From positions 301,184 through 321,183 of the forward strand of contig CAYXJN010000005.1 of the NCBI GenBank assembly GCA_964464605.1: 20,000 nucleotides of DNA, written 5' to 3'. This document shows, one piece after another, positions 16,928 to 20,000 of this stretch. Source of the DNA: an uncultured Ignavibacteriales bacterium. Its GTDB lineage: Bacteria; Zixibacteria; MSB-5A5; GN15; FEB-12. The notes under the pieces were generated by a model, which saw nothing but the letters and a program-made list of their open reading frames with translations, did no database searches and was not told where the DNA came from. A program made the translations under genes and the position numbers. Positions within the stretch are counted from its first letter, which is position 1, and each line of letters opens with the position of its first letter.

Positions 16928-18543
16928 TGCGCAAGGTACGTTTCCTGTTTCTCTTGGCCTCTCTGACACTTTTCGTCGGTGCAAACTCTTTTGGTGGATC
17001 GACCTTTGTGATAAAATACATTTCAGCAGAGAATGTTTATCTCAACGGCGGTAAAGCGGATGGCCTTAAGGTTGGTGACCGACTTACTGTAGGCTGCGGC
17101 GTGGACTGTTCGTGTGAGTTAGAAATAGTCTTTGTAGCGGATCATTCTGCTTCCTGCAAGATGTTGACACAACCTTGCGATCTTATTGCAGGGGATAAAG
17201 CAATGTTATCATACTCTGTTCCAGCAGATACGGTGGCTCTACCAGTCATTTCAGTAGATTCAGCCCTGCCTCCGAAAACTGCTCCTGAACGAGCGCTGTC
17301 GTCAATTAGCTATGCAGATCAACCGATTGCGCATTTGTCCGGCAGCATGTTCTTACAGTATTACACGATCGACGATCGGAATTCTTCAAATCTTGATTTC
17401 TCGCAATTGACCGGGCGGCTTTCAATGAAAGCGCGCCATCTCTTTGGACAGCCGTTGACTTTAGGGATACGAACACGCGGAAGGTATGACCAGCGCCAAC
17501 GGGAATTTGGGGAGGTGCCGCAGAAAGGTTGGGTGAACCGGGTTTGGGAATTATCGCTCAGTTATGATGATCCCCGTTCGCGAATCAGTTTCCAGGCCGG
17601 AAGAATATCACCTCGTCGAATCGGAAGCGCCGGTTATCTCGATGGAGCACTCTTGGAGACACGAGTTACCGAGAATTTTAGGATCGGATTTTTCGGCGGT
17701 ATCGAACCGAAGTGGGCGTATGCGGATGGTGTATTATCGATGAACAAGACCGGTGCATATGTTACGGTTCTAAGAGGGGAACCGGGCAAAGCATACCTTG
17801 AACAAAGTATTGCCGGCGTTGGAGAGTATTTTGCCGGAACGGTCAGCAGAGAGCTTCTCATATCACAGGGAAGAATACAAACAGGAAATCGGTGGAGCCT
17901 GTTTCACACAATCGAATTTGATATTAACCGGAGTTGGCGCAAAGACAAGACCGACAAGTCGCTCTCTCTTTCGAGTCTCTACATGGTCAGCTATTATAGA
18001 TTCAGTTCGGCCATTCGTTTTGGTCTTAGCTATGATAATCGCACCAATTACTGGACGCTTGAAACGAGATCATTGGTCGATAGCATATTCGACGACCGCC
18101 TTCGGCAGGGGGCTCGCGCACAGCTCGATCTCAGACTTCCCCTGCGTGTGCAAACATCCTATTCTTTTGGATTTCGCGAACGGGAGGGTGATTCTGATCC
18201 TACCCTCACTCATTCTGTCTATGTTAACCGGTCAGGACTTATTCGAAGAACAATCACCGCAAGTGTTCAATGGAGTTCGTTTGACGGCCCGTTTGAACAG
18301 GGGAGGAATTATTCGGCGCAGGTTGGTGACTACTTGCTGCCTCAGGTATATGCGTCAGTGTCGTATGGCGGCTATGAGTATGGTCTTACGACTGAAAATG
18401 TCTGGCGTCGAAATCACAGGATTTCATTATCAACACAGGTCGATTTTGCTCGTCGCTATTCTCTCAGCGGCTCAATCGAATTCGACAATGGGGATGATCT
18501 GAAGGGAACGCGATTCTTAACCGAGCTTGGCTATCGGTTCTAA
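16927..18543 (+). CDS. Large outer-membrane beta-barrel (putative cytochrome-associated porin) with an N-terminal FlgT_C-like beta domain
   Basis: Signal peptide, then 'VYLNGGKADGLKVGDRLTV...LEIVFV...SASC', then a Pro/Ala linker. About 400 aa of amphipathic strands follow ('GRI...GYLDGA'), ending in the BAM-type 'ELGYRF'. TGATG overlap with the cytochrome. Confidence 0.8.
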   Translation: MRKVRFLFLLASLTLFVGANSFGGSTFVIKYISAENVYLNGGKADGLKVGDRLTVGCGVDCSCELEIVFVADHSASCKMLTQPCDLIAGDKAMLSYSVPADTVALPVISVDSALPPKTAPERALSSISYADQPIAHLSGSMFLQYYTIDDRNSSNLDFSQLTGRLSMKARHLFGQPLTLGIRTRGRYDQRQREFGEVPQKGWVNRVWELSLSYDDPRSRISFQAGRISPRRIGSAGYLDGALLETRVTENFRIGFFGGIEPKWAYADGVLSMNKTGAYVTVLRGEPGKAYLEQSIAGVGEYFAGTVSRELLISQGRIQTGNRWSLFHTIEFDINRSWRKDKTDKSLSLSSLYMVSYYRFSSAIRFGLSYDNRTNYWTLETRSLVDSIFDDRLRQGARAQLDLRLPLRVQTSYSFGFREREGDSDPTLTHSVYVNRSGLIRRTITASVQWSSFDGPFEQGRNYSAQVGDYLLPQVYASVSYGGYEYGLTTENVWRRNHRISLSTQVDFARRYSLSGSIEFDNGDDLKGTRFLTELGYRF

Positions 18544-18569
18544 GAATTCCTGTACAAACAGAAAAGCAT

Positions 18570-19904
18570 ATGGAACAATTACTCATCTGGATAGCGGTCG
18601 CGATTGTCATTCTTATCATAATCATCCCGTATTTTTTTCAGTTTCGAAAGCAGCAGAAAGTTGTCGCTGAGCGAAAGAAGGAAGCTCAGGCAATGGGGTT
18701 CGATCGTCCCCGCGCGCAATATCCAATGGTTGACCGTGCTGTTTGCATCGGTTGCGGTGCCTGCGTGGAAGCATGTCCGGAAGGGGACGTGCTTGGGGTA
18801 GTATGGGGTATTGCCGAAGTTATCAATGGGGAGCGTTGTGTTGGCCATGGCCACTGCGAAAAAGCATGTCCGGTTGGTGCGCTAAAAGTCGGTCTGGGTG
18901 ATATAACCAGCCGTCCGGATATCCCGATGCTTAACAGCAGCTATGAAACAAATGTGCCTGGATTGTTTATCGTCGGCGAGCTTGGTGGTATCTCACTCAT
19001 ACGGAACGCTATTTCACAAGGCCAAACAGCAGTCGAAGCAATTGCTTCTCGTTGCCGAGGCAACTCCAATGAATCAATCACTGATGTCATGGTTGTCGGC
19101 GCTGGGCCAGCGGGCCTTTCCGCTGCTCTTACTGCTATTCAACACAAGCTCTCATATGTCTTCATTGATGAACGTGAAGTTGGCGGTGCGATTCTGCACT
19201 ATCCGAGAAAGAAGCTGGTGATGACCCAGCCGGTGCAGATTCCATTGTATGGATGGTTTCGGGAAACTGAGTATTCGAAGGAGTATCTCATGGAAACATG
19301 GGACACAATTATTAGGCAATTCGGAATCAAGATACGCACGAATGAAAGACTCGAAACAATCCAACAGTTGGGAGATCTGTTTGAAGTGCATACTTCAAAT
19401 GGCGTCTATATGTCGAGACATGTCGTTCTCGCTTTAGGTCGGAGAGGTACACCCCGAAAATTGGAAGTGCCGGGAGAGGAATCTTCAAAGGTTCTGTACA
19501 CTCTGATAGATACTCGCTCGTATCAGGGGAAACAGATGCTTGTCGTGGGAGGAGGCGATAGCGCTGTTGAAGCAGCCGTCGGTCTTGCAAAACAGAAGGG
19601 AAATACCGTCACGATTTCATATCGTAAGAACAGTTTCTTCCGGGTAAAGAAAAAAAATGAAGACGCAATCAATAAGTTCATCGCTGAAGGGAAAGTTGTC
19701 CCGATTTTTGATTCGCAGGTCACAGAAATTCGTGAGAGATGTGTTGCTTTAGAAACAAAACAAGGGATTCAGGAAATCCCCAACGACTTTGTACTCGTGC
19801 AAATTGGTGGTATTCCACCGTTCGAGCTCTTGCGAAGTATGGGTATTGCTTTTGGCGGCGAAAGTCGCAGCTTGCACGAACAGGCCCTACCGTTGCTGAC
19901 ATAA
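18570..19904 (+). CDS. Membrane-anchored ferredoxin + FAD/NAD(P)H oxidoreductase (TrxB/FNR/YpdA-like fold, no CxxC in the flavin part)
   Basis: N-terminal TM helix, CIGCGACVEACP, CVGHGHCEKACP, ETNVPGLFIVGE, VVGAGPAG, ALGRRG, VVGGGDSA and YRK. Confidence 0.88.
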   Translation: MEQLLIWIAVAIVILIIIIPYFFQFRKQQKVVAERKKEAQAMGFDRPRAQYPMVDRAVCIGCGACVEACPEGDVLGVVWGIAEVINGERCVGHGHCEKACPVGALKVGLGDITSRPDIPMLNSSYETNVPGLFIVGELGGISLIRNAISQGQTAVEAIASRCRGNSNESITDVMVVGAGPAGLSAALTAIQHKLSYVFIDEREVGGAILHYPRKKLVMTQPVQIPLYGWFRETEYSKEYLMETWDTIIRQFGIKIRTNERLETIQQLGDLFEVHTSNGVYMSRHVVLALGRRGTPRKLEVPGEESSKVLYTLIDTRSYQGKQMLVVGGGDSAVEAAVGLAKQKGNTVTISYRKNSFFRVKKKNEDAINKFIAEGKVVPIFDSQVTEIRERCVALETKQGIQEIPNDFVLVQIGGIPPFELLRSMGIAFGGESRSLHEQALPLLT

Positions 19905-19946
19905 CCCCTGTATCTGCTTACTATATATGTAGTTGAAATTCAATTG

Positions 19947-20000
19947 CTCCCGAGGCAGGACTCGAACCTGCGACCCGCTGATTAACAGTCAGCTGCTCTA
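19947..20000 (-). tRNA. tRNA-Asn(GTT), 5' part cut off by window end; CCA not encoded
   Basis: Minus strand reads TAGAGCA-GCTGA-CT-GTT-AA-TCAGC-GGGTC-GCAGG-TTCGAGT-CCTGC-CTCGGGA-G, followed by CAA. Anticodon is at 19984-19986. Confidence 0.96.

Larger units (their letters stand above)
12372..19961. mobile_element. Putative integrase-less genomic island (about 7.6 kb) at the tRNA-Asn 3' end, carrying the multihaem cytochrome cluster
   Basis: Flanked by the 14/18 direct repeat. The left copy reads LLPQQDVLRTF, resembling a recombinase C-terminal tail. No integrase gene lies inside. Confidence 0.4.

Noticed and set aside
17798..18502. 234-aa alternative-frame ORF inside the porin, and other long shadow ORFs (3702-4331, 10804-11409, 8648-9103)
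   Set aside because: They lie within or antisense to well-supported genes and have no motifs or RBS support.
13791..18543. Calling the genes mtrA/mtrB/mtrC or omc
   Set aside because: Haem counts (20 and 19), the trihaem repeat structure and the shorter barrel do not match the decahaem Mtr families, so no gene symbol was assigned.
18570..19904. Thioredoxin reductase (trxB)
   Set aside because: It lacks the redox-active CxxC in the NADPH domain and has a TM anchor, a ferredoxin domain and a permuted motif order.

Overview
Bacterial diderm sequence with three modules and a tRNA. (1) 1-6285, + strand: a cbb3-type cytochrome c oxidase and assembly operon, ccoI(partial)-ccoS-ccoNO(fused)-ccoQ-ccoP(monohaem)-ccoG-ccoH plus a DsbD_2/TauE-like gene. 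(2) 6377-12202: a GAF-GAF-AAA+-HTH sigma54 activator on the - strand, divergent from a four-gene operon (small NHLP/Os1348-like protein, beta-barrel OMP, DJ-1/PfpI enzyme, DUF4345-like/RNase Z-type MBL fusion). The intergenic region holds a clear sigma54 -24/-12 promoter and two tandem TGT-N10-ACA sites, and the first gene looks leaderless. (3) About 12372-19961: a five-gene cluster that could form a complete trans-envelope electron conduit. It encodes a His-rich inner-membrane cytochrome b-like protein, a 20-haem cytochrome c, a 19-haem cytochrome c, an outer-membrane beta-barrel and a membrane-anchored ferredoxin/FAD-NAD(P)H oxidoreductase. The cluster is bounded by the 3' end of tRNA-Asn(GTT) and a degenerate copy of that end, which suggests an island that has lost its integrase. 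The two cytochromes are built of trihaem repeats and appear to split one repeat between them (20+19=39=13x3). All calls come from manual motif reading; no database search was run.
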